Below are positions 37,001 through 44,744 of a DNA stretch of 64,000 nucleotides, piece by piece. Source of the stretch: Candidatus Sericytochromatia bacterium (GTDB taxonomy: Bacteria > Cyanobacteriota > Sericytochromatia > S15B-MN24 > JAQBPE01); assembly GCA_035285125.1 (NCBI GenBank), contig JAYKHR010000011.1:23653-87652 (forward strand), read 5' to 3'. Position numbers and translations under genes: made by a program. How positions within the stretch are numbered: position 1 is the first letter of the stretch; each line of letters opens with the position of its first letter. The notes beneath the pieces were generated by a model. It ran no database searches and was not told the DNA's origin. It saw only the letters and a program-made list of their open reading frames with translations.

Positions 37001-37854
37001 GTCTTGCCCCAGCCCGGCGGGGCCTCCAGCCGATGCACCCCACCAGCCCCGCGCCCGAGCGCCCCGAGGAGCCGGTCGACCGCGTCCATCGCCACGACGC
37101 GCGGCTGCTGCGGGGGCACGAGCACGCACGCCTTGGGCTGGACCTTGAACGGGGCGCCGCGCTGCCGGTCCAGCTCGGCCAGGGCCGTGGCTGCGTCCGG
37201 GATGCGGTCCCCCGGAGCTCGGGCCAGCAGCCGACGCCCCAGGGCCGCCAGCGGGTCCGAGACGAGGTCGAGCAGGTCGAGCTCGCCCGGCAGCTCGCCC
37301 GTCAGCCAGAAGTGGATCAGCGCGCCCACCCCGTAAAGGTCTGCCCGGGCGTCGAGCGGCAGCCCTGCCTCCTGCTCGGGCGAGCGGTAGCCCACTGTGC
37401 CCGGGCGCCGGGCGGGCTGGCCCATCGGCGTCAGGCTGCCGTAGCCGACGAGGACGAGGCCGGCCTCCGTGCGCCGCAGGTGGGACGGCTCGAGCCCGGC
37501 GTGGACCCAGCCGTGCCGGTGCAGCGAGACGAGCGCCTCGAGCAGCTGCCGGGCGCAGGAGGCCACCTCAGCAGGCTGGACCAGGGTGGCCGGGGGCCCC
37601 TCGGCATACCCCATCGTGTAAAACGGGCGCTCGTCGAGCTGGGAGCCATCGGCGTAGAGGCGCACCAGCCGTGGCCCGCGGAGCTGGGCGACCCGCCAGG
37701 CCTCCAGCCGGAAGTCGTGGCGCGCCTCGGCATCGCCCGCCCGCTCGTCGGAGAGGCGCTTGAGCACCATCGGCGCGCCGTCCTGGTCCTGCACGAGGAG
37801 CATGTAGGGCCCGAGCGGCCGCACGGGCGTGAAGCGGTCTGCAGTGGGAGCCAT
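34078..37854 (-). CDS. degenerate Ser/Thr kinase + AAA ATPase (STAND-like) + TPR + GAF-like tail
   Basis: VLK, GTVGYRSPEQ and ADLYGVG kinase scaffold. Walker A APPGWGKTT, Walker B VLVDD, GQPWFV and YQFTH, followed by TPR helices. Confidence 0.85.
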   Translation of the reverse strand: MAPTADRFTPVRPLGPYMLLVQDQDGAPMVLKRLSDERAGDAEARHDFRLEAWRVAQLRGPRLVRLYADGSQLDERPFYTMGYAEGPPATLVQPAEVASCARQLLEALVSLHRHGWVHAGLEPSHLRRTEAGLVLVGYGSLTPMGQPARRPGTVGYRSPEQEAGLPLDARADLYGVGALIHFWLTGELPGELDLLDLVSDPLAALGRRLLARAPGDRIPDAATALAELDRQRGAPFKVQPKACVLVPPQQPRVVAMDAVDRLLGALGRGAGGVHRLEAPPGWGKTTVLSLAAAAAGRAGYPVVRLRGLGLYAWPLAPWRDALRGLTQLAQERHPGLLERCRLRLAPLMAPPPGTGPEEEGRASLDGPLGGELLRRRLGSALTELLGAVAPQGLVVLVDDWDEADEASREMLAQVVRRLAAAPVLWLVAGQPGRTGEPGWPTLDVPPFSQAEALELARAMLPAPPAREAELQTLAAAAAGQPWFVRTLLALWRDAGEIRINGALCDLPPPPEWPETVGALAWRRGSALDGHAWAVGGAAALLAPIIRPAALEALVPELETFATGLDALLRAGILTRAGGSYQFTHPDYATMYARALPPERQLTLQRTLVEALQSGRLALDPLTAALHALRAERPDVAVPQALTAARRVLLLGGHETARQVLEEALVMLDAEHPLRGSYLATLGEAYRQAGDLQAALTCLREARGRLPSGPERPASNLALARVLATLSLHEEAVGAWQEAAGHAQAMGDMDLLALALAGLTESQHALGRLEAASESGEAAIGAAAEAAQLPRALALTAFGAVLALGPRERQGEGVALLQQACALFETEGDRPRLGQSLLSLADAEMARGEVLFARTTITRALAVAEELAEPAMSIQASVQAAQVMFALGETEAARDHAKEARHRAEARQDVAATLEAQTLEGLIRAVRGDKEAGLALGSEALRRLPSTATPAVVARIWLWQAEALLHLGMFPEAAHALHVAAAAVKASNRVDLEGRRTYLLGVWAARTGDRERARQELRAVLAQPNQLLVAQAALRLGQIAIDAGARSEAAGWLEQGRRTALALGAEKLAIEVERVERTLQGLHAEDDDAPPALAARLETLLTEARALLPRVTAPAEELARLSQALREARALNALWPRLFGASEPAAVGAALASCCFELVPGATRAFVLDQALEPYVAVARGAGTIPFSPELVDAELCAQAMGEREVRALGTQAIAVPLAEGPTAPVWGVVVLLGEAMDPGDGLLTASAAGAMVLARLEE

Positions 37855-37929
37855 CGGTCCCATTCTACCGCACCCGCGGGCGGGCCCGAGGTGACATGAG
37901 CCGGGCTTTGCGGCATCATGGACGGGCCC

Positions 37930-39291
37930 ATGTCACGCCCCCGCCTCCAGCGCCTGCTCCTCACGGCCGTTGCCGCCGCCAGCCTGCTTGCCTCGCCGGC
38001 TGCGGCCCTCCCCCTGATGGCGGCCTCTCCCGAGGTGCCCCCCGCCCCGGTGGGCGTTCCGGGCTTCATGTGGGGCGTGACGCTCTCCGACTACCAGAAC
38101 AGCGGCGCGCACCCGGCGATGGACTGGGCCGAGCTCGAGCGCTCCGGCCACCTGCCTGAGCGCAGCGGGCGCAGCGCGAACTTCCGGGGCCACATGGATG
38201 CCGACCTCGACCGCGCCCAGTCACTCGGCCTCAACGCCTTCCGCACGAGCATCGAGTGGAGCCGCCTCGAGCCCGAGGAGGGTCGCATCGACGCCCAGGA
38301 GGTGGCCCACCTGCACCGGCTCTTCGCGGGGCTGCGGCGACGTGGCATGACGCCGGTGGTGGCCCTGCACCACTTCGCCACCCCCTCCTGGGCGATGAAG
38401 GCCGACGGCGCTGGCCTCGAGGGCTGGGAGAGCCCGCGAATCGTCGAGCGGTACCGGCGCTACGTGGCCTTCGTGGCGAAGGAGTTCGGCGCGGAGCTGG
38501 ACTGGTACATCACCTTCAACGAGCCCGCTACCTTGATCCTGGGGGCCTACACCCTCGGCTGGACCCTGCCGCGGCACATCGGGCCCGTCTCGACGGTGCG
38601 CGCGACGGCGAACGTGGTGGCGGCCCACGTGGCGGCTTACGAGGAGCTGCACCGCGCGGACCCGGGGGCCAGGGTCTCCATCGCCGAGTACAACGCCCTG
38701 TTCCCCGTCGCGGAGGGGGGCATCCACTACATGCCGAGCCAGCTGCTGACGCTGCTGCTGGACAAGGCGCGGGGCTGGGACGGGCAGCCGCGCGTGCGCC
38801 ACCTCGATTACCTCGCGCTGCACTACTACGGCGCGGTCGATGCCGCGGCCGCTGCCTCCTTCCCGGTCCAGCCCTGGCGCTGGGGCGTGCGGCCCGAACA
38901 GCTCTCCCACATTCTGCGCGCCTACCACCAGGCCTTTCGGCTGCCCATCTTGCTGGCGGAGAACGGCCTTGCCACGGAGGATGGCCAGCCCCGGGCGGAC
39001 GGGTGGACGCGCGAGGCCTACATGGTGGCCCACATCGACGAGCTCCTGAAGCTCAAGCGGGAGGGGCTGCCCGTCCTGGGCTACTTGCACTGGACGCTCA
39101 CGGACAACTACGAGTGGGGCTCGTTCTCACCGCGCTTCGGCCTGTGGCGCGTCGAGATCCGGCGCGGCGATATGACGCGGCACGCGACGCCCGCCGTGGC
39201 CGTGTACCGGGAGATCATCCGCAATGGTGGGGTCACGCCCGGCCTGCGGCAGCGCCACCCGGCGCCCACCACCGTCTCGGTGGGGCGCTAG
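37930..39291 (+). CDS. glycoside hydrolase family 1, secreted
   Basis: Signal peptide, FMWG, FRTSIEWSRLEP, TFNEP (acid/base), LAENG (nucleophile) and DNYEWG...RFGL. Confidence 0.93.
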   Translation: MSRPRLQRLLLTAVAAASLLASPAAALPLMAASPEVPPAPVGVPGFMWGVTLSDYQNSGAHPAMDWAELERSGHLPERSGRSANFRGHMDADLDRAQSLGLNAFRTSIEWSRLEPEEGRIDAQEVAHLHRLFAGLRRRGMTPVVALHHFATPSWAMKADGAGLEGWESPRIVERYRRYVAFVAKEFGAELDWYITFNEPATLILGAYTLGWTLPRHIGPVSTVRATANVVAAHVAAYEELHRADPGARVSIAEYNALFPVAEGGIHYMPSQLLTLLLDKARGWDGQPRVRHLDYLALHYYGAVDAAAAASFPVQPWRWGVRPEQLSHILRAYHQAFRLPILLAENGLATEDGQPRADGWTREAYMVAHIDELLKLKREGLPVLGYLHWTLTDNYEWGSFSPRFGLWRVEIRRGDMTRHATPAVAVYREIIRNGGVTPGLRQRHPAPTTVSVGR

Positions 39292-39310
39292 CGGGAGGCC
39301 TGCCAGCCCC

Positions 39311-41080
39311 CTACCGCCGGCCGAACGGGGTCTCGTAGATCCGGATGGCGTACGCGGGGCCGCCGTAGGTTGCGACGAGGCCGCAGTCGCGGCGCAGCCA
39401 GGCGGCCAGGTTCGGCATGTAGGCGACGCCGAACGGGTGGGAGCCCTCCCGGTAGGTCGAGAAGACGACGAAGCGGACGCCGGCGCGGCCGAGCCGGGCG
39501 ATGAAGTCGCGCTCCTCGGCGGCCGTCGTGAGGTAGCCGTAGAACAGCTGGTCCTCCTTGACCGGGTTGTCCTGGCCCAGCATCAGGTAGAAGCTGGCCT
39601 CCATCGGGCCTGCCACCACGCGCTCGCCGGGGCGCAGCTCGCGACGCAGGTGGGCCAGCGTGGCGGCGAACGGCTCGGCAATCGCCACGGGGTTCCACAC
39701 CCCGCCAGCGGGCCCCTCCACCCACCGGTGAGGCCCGCTGTAGGTCCGCCACACGTCCAGCCCATGGCGGGCCACCAGGCCAGCCAGGAGGGCGCCGAGC
39801 AAGGCCCCCCGCAGCCGTGAGGGCCCCTCGGCGGAGAGCAGCCTCGGCAGCCAGCGCGTCGCCAGCGCCACCCACAGGATCAGGGCGACGGGGGCCTGGT
39901 AAGGCGTGTAGTCGTTGAGCCCGTGCCCCAGCGTCCGGGCGGCCACCAGCAAGCTGTAGCCTGCGATCAGCGCCCACGCCCGGTGGCGTCCGGCGGCGTC
40001 GCGGCCGCGGGTGAGCTCGCCCCAGGCCACCAGGGCCACACAGGCGGCCAGCAGGAACGAGGGCGACATCCACGTCCGGTGTCCCACCGCCAGGACGTGC
40101 TCCAGCCTGGCCGGCGACACCGTCACGAGCCAGGCGCCCAGCGCCACCAGGCCCCACAGCAGCGCCGGCAGCCTCCAGGCTCCCTGCTGCTGCAGGCTGC
40201 CACGTGTGCTTCGGGCGATCGCCAGCAGCACCACGAGGGCCATCGAGAGCCACGCCATGTTGGCCCGCCAGGTGGCGGGGGTCCCCCTCCAGCGATCGCC
40301 TGAGCTCCAGAGGGCCATCAGCCGCGTGGGCCAGATGCTCTCCAGCACGGCCGCAGGCTCCGCGCGAGCCAGCACCCCGCACGCCACGGCACCCGCCGCC
40401 AGCGCGGCAGGGGCCGCGAGCGCCAGCACCTCTGGCCACGACGGCCACCGCCTCGAAGGCCACCCGCGCAGGACGAGGTGCCAGGCGACGAGGCCGGTGG
40501 CGGCGGCCCCGAACTCCAGCTTGGTCACGAGCGACAGCCCCCACGCCACGCCAGCCAGGACGAGCCAGCGGCGTCGGCCGGAGGCCTGGTGGCGCAGCAG
40601 CGCGAGCAGCACGGTCAGCCCGAGCCCCACGGCAATTGTCGCCGCGAAGCTGTAGGGCCACACGTAGCCGTGCAGGTCCCGCCCGAGCGCGAAGTGGCTC
40701 GTGAAGAGCAGCAGCACGGCCGCCGCATGCCGAGGCGAGAGCAGCTGCCGGGCCACGGCGTACAGCAGGCTGCCAATGGCCGCGAGCTGGACCCCGGAGG
40801 CGACGTAAAGCACCTCGAGACGCTCCCCGAACGCAGCCAGCAGGCCCGCCATGCCCCACGGCGCGGTGGGGCCGTACAGGTAGTAGAAGTCCCGGTAGAT
40901 GGCCGCGCCGTGCAGCACCTGGAACGGCACGTAGAGCTCGCGGGCGGCGTCCGCCGTCAGCAGGGGCCACCGCGCCCACGTCGCGGCGAAGAAGCCGACG
41001 AGGCCGAGCAGGTACAGGCCGATCCAGAGGACGTCCTCGCGGGTGAGGCGGGCGCCCCCCGCAGTGCAAGGTGGGACCAT
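39311..41080 (-). CDS. polytopic membrane protein, probable GT-C (ArnT-like) glycosyltransferase
   Basis: D.ARELY...G..IYRDFYYLYGP N-terminal loop, many TM helices, TKLE motif and a soluble C-terminal domain. Confidence 0.7.
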   Translation of the reverse strand: MVPPCTAGGARLTREDVLWIGLYLLGLVGFFAATWARWPLLTADAARELYVPFQVLHGAAIYRDFYYLYGPTAPWGMAGLLAAFGERLEVLYVASGVQLAAIGSLLYAVARQLLSPRHAAAVLLLFTSHFALGRDLHGYVWPYSFAATIAVGLGLTVLLALLRHQASGRRRWLVLAGVAWGLSLVTKLEFGAAATGLVAWHLVLRGWPSRRWPSWPEVLALAAPAALAAGAVACGVLARAEPAAVLESIWPTRLMALWSSGDRWRGTPATWRANMAWLSMALVVLLAIARSTRGSLQQQGAWRLPALLWGLVALGAWLVTVSPARLEHVLAVGHRTWMSPSFLLAACVALVAWGELTRGRDAAGRHRAWALIAGYSLLVAARTLGHGLNDYTPYQAPVALILWVALATRWLPRLLSAEGPSRLRGALLGALLAGLVARHGLDVWRTYSGPHRWVEGPAGGVWNPVAIAEPFAATLAHLRRELRPGERVVAGPMEASFYLMLGQDNPVKEDQLFYGYLTTAAEERDFIARLGRAGVRFVVFSTYREGSHPFGVAYMPNLAAWLRRDCGLVATYGGPAYAIRIYETPFGRR

Positions 41081-41191
41081 CAGTGCAGCTATACCCGGTG
41101 GCTTCGTTTGGAAGCAGGGGCGGTGGGTACGATGAGGGGGCTTTGCTTGCGCCGGGCGCTGAACCCCGCGCCCAGAAAGGAACCTCCCTCC

Positions 41192-41446
41192 GTGCGTTCC
41201 CCCCGAACGGCCGCCCCCTCCTGGCGCGTGGTGCGTCCCAACGCCCCCGTGCCCGGTCCGCAGCCCGAGGCCGCTCCCGTGCCCCTGCACATTCTGCACG
41301 TGCCGCTTTCGCCCGGCCGCGCAGGAGGGAACCTGCCCCGCACGCTCTTCCAGGGCGTGGGGCCCATCCTGGTCGAGGTGCCGCTGGCGGACGAGGTCGT
41401 GGGCACGCCGGCCTTGCTCGGGTTCACGGCGCTCGGGCGGCGCTGA
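41192..41446 (+). CDS. possible small hypothetical protein
   Basis: AAGGA upstream of a GTG, with a TACGAT -10 candidate at about 41128. Fills an otherwise empty gap. Confidence 0.3.
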   Translation: MRSPRTAAPSWRVVRPNAPVPGPQPEAAPVPLHILHVPLSPGRAGGNLPRTLFQGVGPILVEVPLADEVVGTPALLGFTALGRR

Positions 41447-41575
41447 TCGCCGCCGGACCCCCGGTTGCTGCCTGGGGCCCCGCGGGGGACGAGCCGGAAG
41501 CTGCCCCTGCCGCCCCCACCCTGATGCGGGCCAGGCAGCCTCGGCCTACAAAAAGGACGTCTGGGCTGTCCCCTG

Positions 41576-42223
41576 TTACCGGTCGGGCTGCGCAGCCAGG
41601 GCATCCAGCTGGGCCCGGACGGCCCGGATGTCCTGCCACATCAGCCACTTGGGGCTGCCGGGCGTCCTGGCGGGGTTCCGCAGCAGGTAGCTCGGGTGGA
41701 ACACCGCCATGGCCGGGCGGCCGCGATGCGTCAGCCACTGGCCGCGCAGGCGCGTGATGCCCCGGGCCTCGCCCGTGCAAGCGCGAAGCGCCGTGGCGCC
41801 CAGGAAGACGAACACGGCCGGGTCCACCAGGCGGATCTGCTCCTCGAGGTAGGGCAGGCAGGCCGCCACCTCGTCCGGCTCTGGCACCCTGTTGCCCGGC
41901 GGGCGGCACTTCACGACGTTACAGATGAAGACGTCCCGCGCGGGGTCGAGGTCCACGGCGGCCAGGATCCGGTCGAGGAGCTGGCCGGCAGGGCCCACGA
42001 AGGGGCGCCCCTGCCGGTCTTCCAGCTCCCCAGGCCCCTCGCCGATCAGCATCAGGCGTGCTGTGGGGTTGCCCCGGTGGACGGCCGCGTGCGTGCGGGT
42101 GGCCCCCAGCCGGCAGCGTTGGCAGCGCTGGCAGTGCGGCACCAGCGCCTCGACATCCGGGTAGGTCCCCGCAGGAATCGGCACGTCCGGTGACGTGGGG
42201 ATGGCCTCGAACGTGGCTCCCAT
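41576..42223 (-). CDS. uracil-DNA glycosylase family 4 (Fe-S)
   Basis: CQRCRL, IGEGPG, GRPFVGPAGQLL, NVVKCRPPGNR and HPSYLLR. Confidence 0.95.
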   Translation of the reverse strand: MGATFEAIPTSPDVPIPAGTYPDVEALVPHCQRCQRCRLGATRTHAAVHRGNPTARLMLIGEGPGELEDRQGRPFVGPAGQLLDRILAAVDLDPARDVFICNVVKCRPPGNRVPEPDEVAACLPYLEEQIRLVDPAVFVFLGATALRACTGEARGITRLRGQWLTHRGRPAMAVFHPSYLLRNPARTPGSPKWLMWQDIRAVRAQLDALAAQPDR

Positions 42224-42227
42224 GGCC

Positions 42228-42701
42228 TCAGTGTGGGCGGCCGCCACCCGCGAGGGTGACGGCGTGGGGCAGCACGGCAGCGATGGCCTCCAGGCACTCG
42301 CGGGCGCCGCGGGGGCTCCCCGGCAGGTTCACGATCAGCGTCTGCCCACGCAGCCCGGCCTGGGCCCGAGACAGGCTTGCCATTGGGGTCTTGGCCAGGC
42401 TGACCGCCCGCATCAGCTCCGGCAGGCCGGGGACGAGCCGATCGCAAACGGCGATCGTCGCCTCAGGCGTCACGTCCCGCGGGGCCACGCCCGTGCCCCC
42501 GGTGGTGAGCACCAGGTCGACGCCGGCCTCGTCCGCGAGCCGTCGCAGCGCGGCCTCGATGGCTGGGCGGTCGTCCGGCAGGATGGTGCGCTCGCGCACC
42601 GTCGCCCCCGGCCAGCCCTCGACCACGGCAGCGACCACCCGCCCGCTCTCGTCCTCGCGCGCCCCGCGCGTGTCACTCAGCGTCAGGATCGCGACGTCCA
42701 T
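42228..42701 (-). CDS. mog: molybdopterin adenylyltransferase, MogA/MoaB family
   Basis: ILTLSD, D.SG, TTGGTG..PRDVTPEAT, SR..AG and NLPGSP. Confidence 0.9.
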   Translation of the reverse strand: MDVAILTLSDTRGAREDESGRVVAAVVEGWPGATVRERTILPDDRPAIEAALRRLADEAGVDLVLTTGGTGVAPRDVTPEATIAVCDRLVPGLPELMRAVSLAKTPMASLSRAQAGLRGQTLIVNLPGSPRGARECLEAIAAVLPHAVTLAGGGRPH

Positions 42702-43917
42702 AAGCCTCGAGCTCCTCCAGCAGCATCACCTCGACGGCGTCCCCCGCCGCCCACTGGCCGGGGCCCTCGGGAAGCACCACGAGGGCGTTGCCCTCGGCAA
42801 GGCCCGTGAGCTGGTGGGACCCCTGTCGGGCCGAGAGCGTGGCCTGCAGGCCGGTCTCGCTCCACCGCACCGTGGCCCGCAGGAACTGCCGCCGGGGTGC
42901 CCGCTTCTCGTGGTCAGCCGCCAGCCGGGCCTGCATCGGGGGCCGGATCAGGTCGGTGTGGCCCGCCAGCCGGCGGATGGCCGGGCGCGCGAACAGCTCG
43001 AAGCCGACGAGGCTGCTGACGGGGTTGCCCGGCAGGCCAATCAGCGGGGTGTGGGCCCAGTGGCCGAAGGCGAGCGGCTTACCTGGCTGCATGTCGATGC
43101 GCCAGAAGGCGATGGCCCCCTGCGCCTCGAGCACCTGTCGGACCAGGTCGTGGTCTCCCACGGAGACGCCGCCCGTCGTGAGGATGAGGTCGGCCTCCGC
43201 GGCGCGGGTCAGCGCCGCCTCCAGCGCGGCGCGATCGTCGCGGACGATGCCCAGCTGCGCCGGCTCGCCTCCGGCCGCGCGCACGAGGGCCTCCAAGGCC
43301 AGGGCGCTGCTGGCGCGGATCTGCCCGGGGCTCGGCCGCTCGTCCGGCCACACCAGCTCGTCTCCGGTGGCGACGAGGGCCACGCGCGGGCGCCGGTGGA
43401 CCGCCACCCGCCCAACGCCCAGCGCGGCCAGCAGGGCCACGGCGCTGGGCTTGAGCACCGCGCCCGCGCCGAGGACCTCGTCGCCGACGCGCACGTCTTC
43501 CCCCGCTCGCCGGATGTTCTCGCCCGCCTCGGCAGGCTCTCGGACCCCCACGGCCTCCCCACGCTCGTCCGTGTCCTCGCGCATGACCACCGCCTCGGCG
43601 CCTGGCGGCACGGGGGCCCCCGTCATCACCCGCACGGCCGTGCCGGGGGCCAGCACCAGCCCCTCTGCCAGCCGGCCGGCCGGCACCTCCCCCACGACGC
43701 GCAGGGTGACGGGGGCTGCGGCTGAGGCGCCTCTCACGCACCCGACGCGCACGGCGTAGCCGTCCACCGCGGAGTTGTCGAAAGGCGGCAGCGCCTCGGG
43801 GGCCCTGAGGCTCTCTGCCAGCACCGCCCCCACCGCCTCGGTGAGGGCCACGGGGCGCGGGGGGAGCGCCGTCAGCGCCGCCAGGATCCGCGCGCGGGCA
43901 TCATCGACCCGAAGCAT
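42673..43917 (-). CDS. moeA: molybdopterin molybdotransferase
   Basis: PPFDNSAVDGYA, MTGAPVP, TGDEL, TTGGVSVGDHD, QPGKP and LPGNPVS. Confidence 0.95.
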   Translation of the reverse strand: MLRVDDARARILAALTALPPRPVALTEAVGAVLAESLRAPEALPPFDNSAVDGYAVRVGCVRGASAAAPVTLRVVGEVPAGRLAEGLVLAPGTAVRVMTGAPVPPGAEAVVMREDTDERGEAVGVREPAEAGENIRRAGEDVRVGDEVLGAGAVLKPSAVALLAALGVGRVAVHRRPRVALVATGDELVWPDERPSPGQIRASSALALEALVRAAGGEPAQLGIVRDDRAALEAALTRAAEADLILTTGGVSVGDHDLVRQVLEAQGAIAFWRIDMQPGKPLAFGHWAHTPLIGLPGNPVSSLVGFELFARPAIRRLAGHTDLIRPPMQARLAADHEKRAPRRQFLRATVRWSETGLQATLSARQGSHQLTGLAEGNALVVLPEGPGQWAAGDAVEVMLLEELEAYGRRDPDAE

Positions 43918-43932
43918 CGCGGGGCGATGACG

Positions 43933-44619
43933 TCAGGGGCACGTCGGCGGAGGCGGGAGCGTCAGCGACCCGCCCGCCGCGTCGACCGTCAGGCGCCACG
44001 TCAGCACGACCCGCTCTCCCGTCTCCGGCGCGGTGACCGTCGCCTGCGCCGTGAAGGTGCCCGGGGTGCTCGGCGCCGTCCACCGCACGCGCGGACCGGA
44101 TGCTGCCGACAGGGCGCCGTCAGAGGCGCTCCAGGTGATGCTCACGCCCTGGGCGCTGCTGGCCACGGCGAGGGTCTGCTGCAAGCCCGCCGCCTCTGCC
44201 GACGTGTCCTCGGCCACCAGCTGGCGCGCCAGGCAGGAGGTGCTCTCAGCGGCACTGCTCCCGTTGAGCACGTCACCCTTCCCCCTGGGGCTCAGCGAGC
44301 CGGCGTCGGGGCCGATCAGGCCGCTGGTGGGCTTGAGCGAGCCGGCGTCAGGGCCGATCAGGCCGCTGGTGGGCTCGAGCGAGCCGGCGTCAGGGCCGAT
44401 CAGGCCATTGGTGGGTTTGAACGAGCCGGCATCGGGTCCGATTAGGCCGTTGCTCGGCTTGAACGACCCAGCGTCGGGGCCGATCAGCGCGCCGCCATCG
44501 AGGCGCGTCAGGCTCTCGCTTCCAGGGACGGCGGCACCCTGGCGGGCGGGGCTGCTGGGCACACCCCGGCAGCCAGCCAGGAGCGCGACGCCGACGAACA
44601 GTGACACGAGACGCAGCAA
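43933..44619 (-). CDS. lipoprotein with LIGPDAGS repeats and C-terminal Ig/PKD-like domain
   Basis: GGAGG with TTG start, lipobox LLAGC, five 14-aa repeats, and ITWSASDGAL...VRWTAP.TPGTF. Promoter GTGACG-N17-TATGAT (44676-44648, minus strand). Confidence 0.78.
   Translation of the reverse strand: MLRLVSLFVGVALLAGCRGVPSSPARQGAAVPGSESLTRLDGGALIGPDAGSFKPSNGLIGPDAGSFKPTNGLIGPDAGSLEPTSGLIGPDAGSLKPTSGLIGPDAGSLSPRGKGDVLNGSSAAESTSCLARQLVAEDTSAEAAGLQQTLAVASSAQGVSITWSASDGALSAASGPRVRWTAPSTPGTFTAQATVTAPETGERVVLTWRLTVDAAGGSLTLPPPPTCP
44293..44487 (-). repeat. 42-bp coding tandem repeat, 5 units (LIGPDAGS[F/L][K/E]P[S/T][N/S]G)
   Basis: Repeated gagccggcgtc(a/g)gggccgatcaggcc core on the + strand with a 42-bp period. 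Confidence 0.9.
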
Positions 44620-44676
44620 AATGGCCCCTCCAGGTGGTTCTCTCCTCATCATACCACCCCCTGTGAGCTTCGTCAC

Positions 44677-44722
44677 TTTTCATCGAACGGATGTTCGGCT
44701 ATTCTGATCGAACAAACGTTCC
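44677..44722 (+). promoter_or_regulatory. sigma70 promoter with two LexA (SOS) boxes GAAC-N4-GTTC
   Basis: TTTTCA(44677)-N17-TATTCT(44700). CGAACGGATGTTCG at 44684-44697 and CGAACAAACGTTCC at 44709-44722. Confidence 0.8.
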
Positions 44723-44744
44723 AGCTTGCCAGGAGGAGTGCCCG

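Noticed and set aside
34015..37899. Long plus-strand ORFs (519 and 755 aa)
   Set aside because: Shadows of the kinase-AAA-TPR gene with no recognisable domains.
41576..43917. moeA-mog-udg as a new functional system
   Set aside because: All three are ordinary housekeeping genes, and adjacency alone does not support a shared function.
44293..44487. Regularly spaced repeats as a possible CRISPR array
   Set aside because: The 42-bp period is in frame within a CDS, the intervening parts resemble each other rather than being unique spacers, and no cas genes are present.
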